From: a virus
Strand: one strand, 5' to 3'
Length of the DNA stretch: 64,000 bases
IMG/VR virus record: IMGVR_UViG_3300002141_000152
Coordinates: 32,001 to 96,000 of that record
The notes below the pieces were generated by a model. The model saw only the letters and a program-made list of their open reading frames with translations. It had not been told where the DNA came from and ran no database searches. This document shows, piece by piece, positions 10,854 through 20,272 of the stretch; within the stretch, counting starts at the first letter, position 1; each line of letters starts with the position of its first letter. The position numbers were made by a program, and so were the translations under genes.

Positions 10854-12425
10854 TTATTTTAAAGTTGTATATTCTCCTCGAATAAAGTTAATGTGTTGAG
10901 CCTTTCCATCTTTATGGATAATTACGTGTGACTGTAACCAGCCACTCGCTCCTCTATTATATCCTATTCTAAGATGAGTAGTCGTACCGACTGCAATAGC
11001 TCCGTCTTTTCTTCCAGGAGAGTGATAGTGGCCTACTATTATTTTAGTATTTAATTTTCTGAATTGTAGTAGCGATCCGCGAGTTCCACTGGTTCCAATA
11101 TCTCCATGCTGACCTAATTCCCAACCATTTACGATATAACTATCGTCTCGACCTAGGGTCGTAAATTGTGGAAACTTCTGGTTTATTACAAATGGAATTA
11201 CTCCATTCTTTGCCTCTCCACCTAAAATTGCTGCAGCATACTGCATATATTCTAGTGAATTCTTAGGAGTAACTGCCTTGCGCCAATCTGTGTCCTTCAA
11301 CCATCGGTCTACAAAATCATCATGATTACTTCGAACAATTACTACATTATAGTCTTGGAATTCTTCAAGTCCAACAAGCATCTCGTCAATTTCTTTCTTT
11401 AACGAATTTGTGCCAGACATCTCCTTTTCATATTGAATAAATGGATCCTTTATTTCATGGTGATTTATTGAAGTTCCATCAAATATATCATGTAGGACTA
11501 CATGGTCTGGATGTAGCTTTGCCATCAAGTCAAATGTTGAATCTAACACTCGTGGATCGTGCTTGCCATAGTGTATGTCTCCCCAAACTATTGCAGATAT
11601 TGTATCAGCTCTTGAGATAGTTGATTCCTTTGTCTCTTTATTATATTCTACTCGAGTATATAAGTCACTAAAGTTTCCATCGTCTGTAGCAGTTACTTGA
11701 CGCATGAAAAAAGTTTCGTCGTCTTTTATTTCAACTATTACAAAACCTAAAGTATGATGAAACTCTCCTTTTTTACCTGCTTTAGAATCAGTATAATTTC
11801 GAACAGTACACGCTCCAGTGGTCATCATCATCTTAGGTAGATTACCTTCAAGAACAGGTATTGTTTCCATCTGTACTCTCGGTGAACCAAATACGCATGA
11901 ATTAATACCACTCATTCCTTGTAAACCAGTCATTGGGTCTACTGCCGTTGGCTGAATTTTAACATCTGATAGGATTGAAAGATATTTATGCACATCATGA
12001 CGATTTGCATCTAAATATGGTTCAATTCTTTCTGCCCAATAGTCATAATCTTTATCTATATTTACAGAGGTTGGATTTTTATATCGACCGGCAATCACGT
12101 GAATATCAGCATCATATTCTTCTGCTAATTTTTCAATATTTGCGATAAGTGGCTCATGAACATCAGTATTATTTTGTGCCCAAGTAATAATAAATCTCAT
12201 CTTAGTAAGGTTGATCTCCTTGGTTTTAGCTCGAATAAGCTGTGGCGAGTCTTCTACCTGTTTTGTACTATATCCAAGTTTTGCAATCCAGTGTTGAATT
12301 GTTCGTACAGATCTTTTAAATTTTTGAGAAAGCTGATTTAACCGCTCATCCCACGATATTGATTTGTTAAAGTAAACTTCAGCAATGTGTTCAATATCTT
12401 CTTCTTCTAATTCAGTAAACTTCAT
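10854..12425 (-). CDS. Calcineurin-like metallophosphoesterase with N-terminal HTH
   Basis: GDIHYG, HDIFDG, SNHD, HGD, GHYHS motifs; LSQKFKRSVRTIQHW HTH. Confidence 0.8.
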   Translation of the reverse strand: MKFTELEEEDIEHIAEVYFNKSISWDERLNQLSQKFKRSVRTIQHWIAKLGYSTKQVEDSPQLIRAKTKEINLTKMRFIITWAQNNTDVHEPLIANIEKLAEEYDADIHVIAGRYKNPTSVNIDKDYDYWAERIEPYLDANRHDVHKYLSILSDVKIQPTAVDPMTGLQGMSGINSCVFGSPRVQMETIPVLEGNLPKMMMTTGACTVRNYTDSKAGKKGEFHHTLGFVIVEIKDDETFFMRQVTATDDGNFSDLYTRVEYNKETKESTISRADTISAIVWGDIHYGKHDPRVLDSTFDLMAKLHPDHVVLHDIFDGTSINHHEIKDPFIQYEKEMSGTNSLKKEIDEMLVGLEEFQDYNVVIVRSNHDDFVDRWLKDTDWRKAVTPKNSLEYMQYAAAILGGEAKNGVIPFVINQKFPQFTTLGRDDSYIVNGWELGQHGDIGTSGTRGSLLQFRKLNTKIIVGHYHSPGRKDGAIAVGTTTHLRIGYNRGASGWLQSHVIIHKDGKAQHINFIRGEYTTLK

Positions 12426-12474
12426 CTTTTAGATTATGAATTTGTATATTATATTTGGTTACGAATATCTGGTT

Positions 12475-14406
12475 TTAAATAGTAGGCGTGTCAAGATCTT
12501 CCTCTTTTAGTTTTGGGTCTATTACTTCTGCCGTTACTTCCTCACCTTCAAAAATTGCACTAAATTTTGAAACCGGTTTAGTTTCTTTTTCAGATACATC
12601 AGCTTTAAGTTCTTTTTGTAAATTAAAAAATTCAGAAGCAATTGACTTTGGTACTAGTTTTTTAAACTCAGTAAAATCTGATCTCTTAAGTGAATCAATA
12701 ACTTCATCTGATTTTACAAAACTCGGTAATTCTACCAATTTGAATTCTTTTTCTAAACGTAGTGGAATACTCTTTTTCTTAATATAGTCTAATTGTAAGA
12801 CATAGTCTTTAAGTCGACGCTCGGATGTTCCCCAAAGAGTTGGTGCATACAGAGGTTGAATCGATCCAAGAATTTCTTCAATTTGTCCAGATGCAATTAA
12901 TCTAACATCGATAATTAACTCAGGATATTCTTGTTGAACTTTTTCAAGCATTATTCTAGTCTCCTTCATTGAGAATGGAGATTTCTGATTTTTTTCTTCT
13001 GATTTAAGTGCAACGAAAACTACTTTATTTCCGTTCTTTTCTTTTAATTTCTGAGCTGCTTTAATATGGCCCATCGTTACTGGTTGAAAATTTCCAATTA
13101 ATAAGTTAACTGCAATTGTTTCAGGTTTTTTATGTTTACCTTCAGCTACTTCTCTTTCACTAAGTATTGAGTCATCTGCTGGCGTTCCGATAAATTCACT
13201 GAAACTTGGGAATAAACTTTCATACACTTGATCACCCATAATAATTTTTCTAATTTTAGTAACAATTAGGTTAAGTTGAGTTAGCAAGTCAGCCGTAAAG
13301 AAACCGGAGGATGAGCTCTTTCTGTTACGCCTAAAGAAATTCAGCAGAATTTTATAGATCTCAGCGTAAGTTTCATCTTTAAGTAATTTAATTATCTTTG
13401 GATCGTTAATTAGTGCAGCATCTAATTCGAATTCAGGACGCTTTAAGTAGTCTGGAACTTCTAATCTTAATCCCTCATATTTTCCAGAGTATTCTTTGAT
13501 AAAATCTTTGAACATTGAATTAATTAGTGCAACATATTTCTCATCAAACGTGTCTCCTTTTTCACACATTGTCTCCAATTCAGAAATATCATACATTTCA
13601 AAGAAATTCATTAGGTCAATTACAATCAACCAAATATAATCTTGCGATTTATTTTCTCTAGGCTGAGTTACTTTAGTGTGATTGAATAGTGGGTCTACTA
13701 TCTTTGCTAAAAAGACATTTGTCTCAGACCCATCGTTTGATTCATCATAAAATCTAAAGACAATTGTATCAACACTACCCGTTAAATCACTCTTTAGAAA
13801 AGATGATTCCTGTTGATCGTTAAGAATTGAGATAATATATTTCGTAAATGAACGAGTTTTAAATTTAGTGAAGAGCTCTTCGGATGGTGCATAAACAAAT
13901 TCTAAGATTGATGTTTTTTGTTCATCTGTTAAATTTCCTTCAAAAATAATCGGTGTATGCTCTACTCCTAAATAGTCTGCCCATTTATTAAGTTGCTCTT
14001 TGTTCTGAACTGTCGAAATTACTTTACCTGCATCATCTAATTTATGAATGTAAGAAATAACCAAATTATTTTTTGGAAGACGATCATACTTGTGACTTAA
14101 ATTGTCACCATTTGTAAAATATTCAAATCCAAAATAGAAGTTAGATGGAATACGATTTCTCTTATCATCTGAAAGATTTTCAAAATGTGAAATCGCAGTA
14201 TTATAATATTTCATCAATACTCGGTCAACATAACTAATCTCTCCAGACTTCTTGAAGTATCTAAACTTATCGTCCTTGTTCTTCTTTACTCCAAAGAAAG
14301 TTCCATCTACTTTTTCATTGATTATGACATAGTTATTGAGAAGACTTGTTAAAAATTCTTCACCTCGCTTTTCATATACTTCCTTTAAGTTATTAATTCC
14401 TGCCAT
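12475..14406 (-). CDS. Fusion of RNA-ligase-like nucleotidyltransferase domain and HIGH-type cytidylyltransferase-like domain
   Basis: INEKVDGT (KxDG motif I), FGFEYF, PIIFEG; C-terminal IGNFQPVTMGH. Confidence 0.65.
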   Translation of the reverse strand: MAGINNLKEVYEKRGEEFLTSLLNNYVIINEKVDGTFFGVKKNKDDKFRYFKKSGEISYVDRVLMKYYNTAISHFENLSDDKRNRIPSNFYFGFEYFTNGDNLSHKYDRLPKNNLVISYIHKLDDAGKVISTVQNKEQLNKWADYLGVEHTPIIFEGNLTDEQKTSILEFVYAPSEELFTKFKTRSFTKYIISILNDQQESSFLKSDLTGSVDTIVFRFYDESNDGSETNVFLAKIVDPLFNHTKVTQPRENKSQDYIWLIVIDLMNFFEMYDISELETMCEKGDTFDEKYVALINSMFKDFIKEYSGKYEGLRLEVPDYLKRPEFELDAALINDPKIIKLLKDETYAEIYKILLNFFRRNRKSSSSGFFTADLLTQLNLIVTKIRKIIMGDQVYESLFPSFSEFIGTPADDSILSEREVAEGKHKKPETIAVNLLIGNFQPVTMGHIKAAQKLKEKNGNKVVFVALKSEEKNQKSPFSMKETRIMLEKVQQEYPELIIDVRLIASGQIEEILGSIQPLYAPTLWGTSERRLKDYVLQLDYIKKKSIPLRLEKEFKLVELPSFVKSDEVIDSLKRSDFTEFKKLVPKSIASEFFNLQKELKADVSEKETKPVSKFSAIFEGEEVTAEVIDPKLKEEDLDTPTI

Positions 14407-14408
14407 AA

Positions 14409-14948
14409 TTATTGGTTCGCTGGGGATTCGTCAGTTGATTCTTTTTCAGGAGAATCTTCGGCTTGTGTATTTAATGCTTTTCTAATACTTTCCGCATCCA
14501 TACTAATTGAAATGCTTCGAACATTATCTGAATCTTCCGCGTTTTGAGTAAAATATTCAATTATTTTTTTTAAATTCATATTTAACTTCTCTTCACCGAA
14601 TCCACCAGCTTCTTCGATCTTTTTCTTTAAGTTAGTAGTTGCTTTCCAGCTACCGTTGTAACTAATTGACCAACAATAGAATCGAACATCCTCACCTTTA
14701 CTTTCATAATAGTGCTGCATGTCTTTAATCTTTTGGATTGCTCCATTTGCATCACGATAGGTAGTTGCTCTACCTAATGTATCTGAAGGAACTCCAAACC
14801 GAACAGCATCTGCTAGTATTTCCATCAATTCGGCAATTCGATCAATTATCTGGTCTGCTGTGTAGCCTTTTAACGGACGCTCAATATTACCTGTGCGCTC
14901 CTCTTCTTCTTTAAGGTATTGTAGGAAGGGCTTAATTTCTTTTGCCAT
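14409..14948 (-). CDS. Hypothetical protein with CTS-like leader
   Basis: MAKEIKPFLQYLKEE; late motif directly upstream. Confidence 0.6.
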   Translation of the reverse strand: MAKEIKPFLQYLKEEEERTGNIERPLKGYTADQIIDRIAELMEILADAVRFGVPSDTLGRATTYRDANGAIQKIKDMQHYYESKGEDVRFYCWSISYNGSWKATTNLKKKIEEAGGFGEEKLNMNLKKIIEYFTQNAEDSDNVRSISISMDAESIRKALNTQAEDSPEKESTDESPANQ

Positions 14949-14965
14949 TTTAAAATGGTTTTTTA

Positions 14966-15577
14966 TTATTTATTAAGAATCGGAGTCACCGAAGATAGAC
15001 CGTTAATAAGTTCACAGAATTCTGTGACGCTAGTGGCATCAAACTTATTCATATAGTTGATAAAATGATTGCTCTTTGGCGGCTGGCTAATATATTTACC
15101 GAATTTATCTAATACTTCTTCAAATATCTTTTTTTCTGCTAAATAATTCTCAAAATTACCAAAATAATCTTTTTCTTGCCTAGTTGGTGCGGGCATGTCT
15201 TTTCTAGTCGCATATAACAGCACACAATTTTGATATAACTCTCCAGTTAGAACTTTTTCAAATTCATCGAGCAATCTAGTCTTATCCATTCTTTCACGAT
15301 AGATTGACCATACATATGCTGAAAAAATCGAACGATCAAAGATCAATATCTTATCTTTTAGGATTGTCCGGTTTAGTTCAAGAATAGTTAGGACATTTGC
15401 AATACTAAAGTAGTGCACTCCTGGGCCAGTTTCCTGGTCTCTCATTCCAAGGTCTTCTATGTACTTTGCAAATGCAAATTTATAGTACATGACATCTGGA
15501 TTGGTATTTTGTTTAAAAAATTCATCAAGCAGGAACGTTTTACCGACTGCCCTAGGTCCTTCGATGAATACTATCAT
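14966..15577 (-). CDS. P-loop nucleotide/polynucleotide kinase (dNMP kinase-like)
   Basis: IVFIEGPRAVGKT Walker A; LIFDRS motif. Confidence 0.75.
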   Translation of the reverse strand: MIVFIEGPRAVGKTFLLDEFFKQNTNPDVMYYKFAFAKYIEDLGMRDQETGPGVHYFSIANVLTILELNRTILKDKILIFDRSIFSAYVWSIYRERMDKTRLLDEFEKVLTGELYQNCVLLYATRKDMPAPTRQEKDYFGNFENYLAEKKIFEEVLDKFGKYISQPPKSNHFINYMNKFDATSVTEFCELINGLSSVTPILNK

Positions 15578-16164
15578 ATTAAGTTTATTCGGGTTGATTC
15601 TGAAAGTTTAAAATTTTCAATACGATACATTTTTGACTTATCGACAATGTATAGTTTAATATTTAGATATGGAACTGATCCAATAGGTCGCGTCAGGTAC
15701 CTTGAAGTATTAAGTCTTTCAAAAAAGTCCTGATACTTGCCTAACTGTTCGATTGAATCTTCAAAAACTTGAATTTCTTCAACCTCTGGCCACATTTTTT
15801 CAAATACTTCTTGTAAAGTAGTCGTTTTATTTGACTTTCTTCCTAGAAAGAACATCTCGTCAAACGATATTCCTCGTTTATCAAGGAGTGCAGTAACAGT
15901 TTCCCGTAGTTCTTCAATACGATGCGTTATTAATATTGATCGAGTTGTGTCAGAGGCTTTACCTTCTTTCCAAGCAGCATACACTGGCTCAATAAGCTGA
16001 ATATAATGTGCTTCTTCAGAAATCGATAGCTGATGATCGTAGAAGTCATATGGCGTATCAAATTTTAGAGTATCTGTTTCTACACAAAGTTTGCCAGTGT
16101 AGCTTGGCATTCTAAAAAAAGTTTCGTCAAGGTCAAATACCTGAAGTATCTTTACTTTGTTCAT
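15574..16164 (-). CDS. HAD phosphatase (RNA-repair-like HAD)
   Basis: VFDLDETFF, LITHR, K, VFEDS motifs. Confidence 0.7.
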   Translation of the reverse strand: MNKVKILQVFDLDETFFRMPSYTGKLCVETDTLKFDTPYDFYDHQLSISEEAHYIQLIEPVYAAWKEGKASDTTRSILITHRIEELRETVTALLDKRGISFDEMFFLGRKSNKTTTLQEVFEKMWPEVEEIQVFEDSIEQLGKYQDFFERLNTSRYLTRPIGSVPYLNIKLYIVDKSKMYRIENFKLSESTRINLI

Positions 16165-16218
16165 GGTTGTATGTTTACAATATCTTTTATTGATAAATAA
16201 TAAAAAGTTTTAATCTAG

Positions 16219-16692
16219 GTGAAACAAAAGTTCATAAAACTATTCGAAGAACACACAGCAGACACTGCTCCAACCTGGACAGATATTCGCGATACTATTC
16301 AAATGAAACGTCCATTTGTCATCATTGTTTTTAGAACAGTTGCTAGTTTTAAAGAGGCAGTAGCATCATATTTTAGCGAAACTAGTTATATTAAACAGAC
16401 CGCGATTATTAACAATAACGGAGAGGCTACTAAATATCCAAGTATATTTCTAGCGTTTGACCGAGATAAAGATTATCGATCTGAAGTTAAGAGCATATAT
16501 GAAAAATTCGATATTAAACAAATAATTGTTGGTAAATCTGGTGCTGAATATTCTACGCTATATGCACAAGACGGAACCTCAAGCGATTTTGGAAACGAAA
16601 TTGTCTCAACATTAAGCTCAGACGAATTTAGTACTGAGGACCAATTTAAGATCGGTTCAACTTATTACCATTTTATCGAGTTCGAAGGATAA
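16219..16692 (+). CDS. Hypothetical protein with CTS-like leader
   Basis: MKQKFIKLFEE (GTG start); ATAAATAA at 16193-16200. Confidence 0.6.
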   Translation: MKQKFIKLFEEHTADTAPTWTDIRDTIQMKRPFVIIVFRTVASFKEAVASYFSETSYIKQTAIINNNGEATKYPSIFLAFDRDKDYRSEVKSIYEKFDIKQIIVGKSGAEYSTLYAQDGTSSDFGNEIVSTLSSDEFSTEDQFKIGSTYYHFIEFEG

Positions 16693-16734
16693 ACTTTAGC
16701 TTCTTTTTGAGTATAATACTTTAAAGTTTATAAC

Positions 16735-17181
16735 ATGAGCGAGACAACAGCTAAAGAGACTAAATCTAATATATCCGATAAGTTTCAAAAGAGACGCACT
16801 GAAGTCTCTAAGGACATTTATACAAATATTAGTAATCTTTCAAATCTTAAAACTTTAAAAGAAGCACAAGTTAATATGTTGTCCCTAAGACAACGTTTAC
16901 TTGAGGACAGTCACGGTCTTCTTGAACATATTACTCTATTACGTAAACGGTTTAGAGATGAGAAAGCAGATGCCATGGAAACTATCTCTAAAAACATGCA
17001 ATTGCGTTACCAGGCAAACGAAAAGAATATTGTAATTGATGGTAAAACCTCAACAACTAAGGAATATCTTGAAATCTTCGAAAATCAAGTCTCATTCTAT
17101 AACGAATCTATCAAAACAATTGATAGCGTCATCTTTGGTATAAAAACTCGTCTTGACATCGAGAAAACTCTAGGACTCTAA
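16735..17181 (+). CDS. uvsY: UvsY-like recombination mediator
   Basis: 148-aa helical protein directly upstream of UvsW, with UvsY-like C-terminus (IDSVIFGIKTRLDIEK). Confidence 0.6.
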   Translation: MSETTAKETKSNISDKFQKRRTEVSKDIYTNISNLSNLKTLKEAQVNMLSLRQRLLEDSHGLLEHITLLRKRFRDEKADAMETISKNMQLRYQANEKNIVIDGKTSTTKEYLEIFENQVSFYNESIKTIDSVIFGIKTRLDIEKTLGL

Positions 17182-17197
17182 AAAAATCTGCCATGGA

Positions 17198-18769
17198 TTG
17201 TTACTCTTTTCTCTTACTCCAGATAAAAAATTTATTAAGCTAGTTGATTTTAGTTTAAATTCAGAGCGCAGTGACCTATTCAAATTCTTCAAACGTAAGT
17301 CTAAAAAGGCCGCATTCAATGTTTTAGTAGAGCGTGGTATCTGGGACGGACTTGACCCGTTTATCACAAAGGATGGACTTATCGCAGTCGGTCTTTGGAA
17401 AGAAATCTATAATTTTGCAAATCGATACGGCTATGATTGTCAAATCGAAGGAATTGACGAAATGATAAGTCTAGGACTTGACCGTGACAAATATATTAAG
17501 TATGTAAATCGACTATTAGATGGAGTAGTAGATGAAAAAGGACTTCCAATTGTTCCTAGAGATTATCAACTCGAAGGAGCATATCGTGCTATTAAATATA
17601 AGTTCTGTACACAGGAACTTGCAACCTCTTCTGGTAAAACTCTTATTTTCTATATCTTTAATTCATTTTTACGTGATGCCAAGAAAGTAGACGCAATACA
17701 TAAATCACTACTTATTGTTCCAAATATCTCACTAGTCGGTCAGACTGCTGAAAAATTTGAATTATATTCAGTTGGCCGAACTCCATGGAAAATCTGTACA
17801 ATCGGTGGAGATGATAGATTTAATCAAAAGGATTTCGATAATGCCGAGATAGTTATTTCAACCTATCAAAGTTTACAAAACCTAGATCCTGCAATATTTA
17901 AGAACTTTATTACAGTATGTGTCGATGAAACACATAAGAGCCGTGGCAACGTTATTCGAGAGATATTAATTAATTGTACTGAATGGAAATATCGACTAGG
18001 TCTTTCAGGAACTGTGAAAATTGAAGAGCAGTTTTCTGATTTCTTTAGGGTTCAGGAAAATGTTGGCCCACTAGTGATGATTCTTTCAGCAAAGCACTTA
18101 ATTGACCATGGATATTCTCCAAATATTGAAATTCAAATTGTCAAACTCCAATATAATAGAGCTGATGAATACCTGCAAAAGTATTGGGCATTGAAGAAAG
18201 ATGGCAGATCGATGTATAAAGATGCCAAAGACTATGGCCGAGACATGCTAGCTATTGAAAAGGGTTTTATCTTTGAAAGCAAAGAGAGACTCAATTATAT
18301 TAATGATCTCGTCAAAAGTTTCGGTAAAAACACGCTAATCCTTTTTTCTGACGTTAAAAATGGCTACGGTAAAAAGATTCAAGAAAAATTATTAGAATGG
18401 AATCCAAATACCTTCTATATTGATGGTGGAGTCGAGTCTTCAAATAGGGACATATTTAAAGATACAATGGAAGAAAAACATGATGTCGTAATAGTTGCAA
18501 GTTTTGGATGTTTTTCCACAGGGATCGACCTAAAAAATGTCCATCATCTTATTCTAGCCGAATCAACCAAAGCTGAGATAACAATTCGCCAATCTATTGG
18601 TCGAGGTATGCGTAAACTTGCTGAAAAGCTCAAAGTTACCGTCTGGGATCTAGTTGATCAGTTAGATGGATATGTTGTGAAGCATGGAGCTGATCGAGCA
18701 GCCATTTATCGAGACCAGGAATTTAAAATCGTCGAAATCAAAGTAGATTTAACAAAAAAGGCAGACTAG
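17198..18769 (+). CDS. uvsW: UvsW-like SF2 DNA helicase
   Basis: WDG, PRDYQ, ATSSGKT, DETH, GLSGT, FSTGID, QSIGRGMR, VWDLVD. Confidence 0.92.
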   Translation: MLLFSLTPDKKFIKLVDFSLNSERSDLFKFFKRKSKKAAFNVLVERGIWDGLDPFITKDGLIAVGLWKEIYNFANRYGYDCQIEGIDEMISLGLDRDKYIKYVNRLLDGVVDEKGLPIVPRDYQLEGAYRAIKYKFCTQELATSSGKTLIFYIFNSFLRDAKKVDAIHKSLLIVPNISLVGQTAEKFELYSVGRTPWKICTIGGDDRFNQKDFDNAEIVISTYQSLQNLDPAIFKNFITVCVDETHKSRGNVIREILINCTEWKYRLGLSGTVKIEEQFSDFFRVQENVGPLVMILSAKHLIDHGYSPNIEIQIVKLQYNRADEYLQKYWALKKDGRSMYKDAKDYGRDMLAIEKGFIFESKERLNYINDLVKSFGKNTLILFSDVKNGYGKKIQEKLLEWNPNTFYIDGGVESSNRDIFKDTMEEKHDVVIVASFGCFSTGIDLKNVHHLILAESTKAEITIRQSIGRGMRKLAEKLKVTVWDLVDQLDGYVVKHGADRAAIYRDQEFKIVEIKVDLTKKAD

Positions 18770-18781
18770 TGCTGCCTTTTT

Positions 18782-19549
18782 CTATTTTCCATTTAGTTTT
18801 TCAGACTCTTCAATACTATCAAAGATATCTTCAAGCTTTTTAATAATTGGGTGTCGAACAATATCCTCTCGACCCAATTTGACAATTCCTATTTCAGGAA
18901 TATTGTTAAAATGCTCTATTAGAATTTCAAGAGCACTTTTCTCTCTTTTATTAACTGACTTCTGTTTGATATCACCTAGGAAAATCATTTTTGAGTTGTT
19001 TCCTATTCGAGTGATTAGAGTTCGTAGGTTGTCTTTTGATATTTGCTGAGCTTCATCTACTATTATTATCGAGTCATCTAAGGTTACGCCTAGTGCAAAT
19101 TTAATGGGTAAAATTTCAATTATTCCTGAACTCTTCAGCTGTTCAGTTGCCGCTTTTCCAATAACCTTATGAAAGTTACTGATGAATGGGTACATGTACA
19201 TCTCCATCTTTTCTTCTAGCGTACCTTTTAGGTAACCAATCTCCTCGTCCTTTGGCACATTCACCGACTTAATTAAGACGATTTTGCGATAGGTTATCGA
19301 TTCTTCTTTAATAAATTTCAATGCTTTTGCACATGAAAGATAGGTTTTACCTGTTCCTGGAGGGCCAATTATTACTGAAATTACTTTTTCATCAATTGCT
19401 CGAAGAACTTCCTTTTGTGCATTAGATCTACACTTAATTTCAATTCTACTGGACATAATCTTTGCCGAAAGTAAATTCGTGCGCTCACTGTCCCAAACAG
19501 AAAAATCTTCATTTTCCTCTCTAGATAATTTTTTTCTGGTTTTTGCCAT
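18782..19549 (-). CDS. phoH: PhoH-family ATPase
   Basis: GPPGTGKT, IGYLKGTLEEK, DEAQ, TRIG..SKMIFLGD..Q, DIVRHP. Confidence 0.92.
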   Translation of the reverse strand: MAKTRKKLSREENEDFSVWDSERTNLLSAKIMSSRIEIKCRSNAQKEVLRAIDEKVISVIIGPPGTGKTYLSCAKALKFIKEESITYRKIVLIKSVNVPKDEEIGYLKGTLEEKMEMYMYPFISNFHKVIGKAATEQLKSSGIIEILPIKFALGVTLDDSIIIVDEAQQISKDNLRTLITRIGNNSKMIFLGDIKQKSVNKREKSALEILIEHFNNIPEIGIVKLGREDIVRHPIIKKLEDIFDSIEESEKLNGK

Positions 19550-19553
19550 CTTA

Positions 19554-20198
19554 TCAGTATATTTTAGCTGCGATCACTATACCAAGTATTATTTTAGCAT
19601 AGTGTAATTTAAAATTTAAAAAAGACTTCAGTATTTCTTTCTGTTTTGAGGTAAGCTGAGATTCGCGTAATTGAGTGAAACTTAATTTTTGTATTGCTAA
19701 TAAATGTGATGTAGAAAAAGTAATATTGTAGATTTCACACATGTCTTGTAGCACTTCGATAAATGGCGAATCACTAAGGTTACTTAATTCTAATAGATCG
19801 ATGAATTTTCTACTCTTTTTGATAGCGACAATTTTATCTTTTATTAGATCGCTCTGTAGACTTCCATCTAAGCATTCTCGAACTGAGTTTAATATTTTAA
19901 TTTTATGGGAAATATCTTCAATATCGAAGATGTCATCTCTATCAAATACTATCTGAATTTCAGCGTCGTTTTCAGTGTAATAAAAGGTCAGACTACACTG
20001 TGTTCCTAGGGTGCCTAACGCTTTCAGTAGCATTGGCGCTACTCCTGGTTCTGAATCGTCTTCTTCCAGCGTTATTTTATACTCAGTAAATGGAAATGAT
20101 TCCATAAATGGAAGTATATTATATAACTCTGAAGTTTTATCCAGTGAACTTTTTTCACTCATACAAAACCTGTTTTTATTATATATTTCGAAGGCCAA
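19554..20198 (-). CDS. Hypothetical protein
   Basis: 214-aa ORF co-oriented with phoH. Confidence 0.55.
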   Translation of the reverse strand: MAFEIYNKNRFCMSEKSSLDKTSELYNILPFMESFPFTEYKITLEEDDSEPGVAPMLLKALGTLGTQCSLTFYYTENDAEIQIVFDRDDIFDIEDISHKIKILNSVRECLDGSLQSDLIKDKIVAIKKSRKFIDLLELSNLSDSPFIEVLQDMCEIYNITFSTSHLLAIQKLSFTQLRESQLTSKQKEILKSFLNFKLHYAKIILGIVIAAKIY

Positions 20199-20272
20199 AG
20201 ATTCACGTATAGATTTAGAAGAAATACTTTTATTTTTTCAAAAATATTGGTGTATTTAATATACAGGTAATA

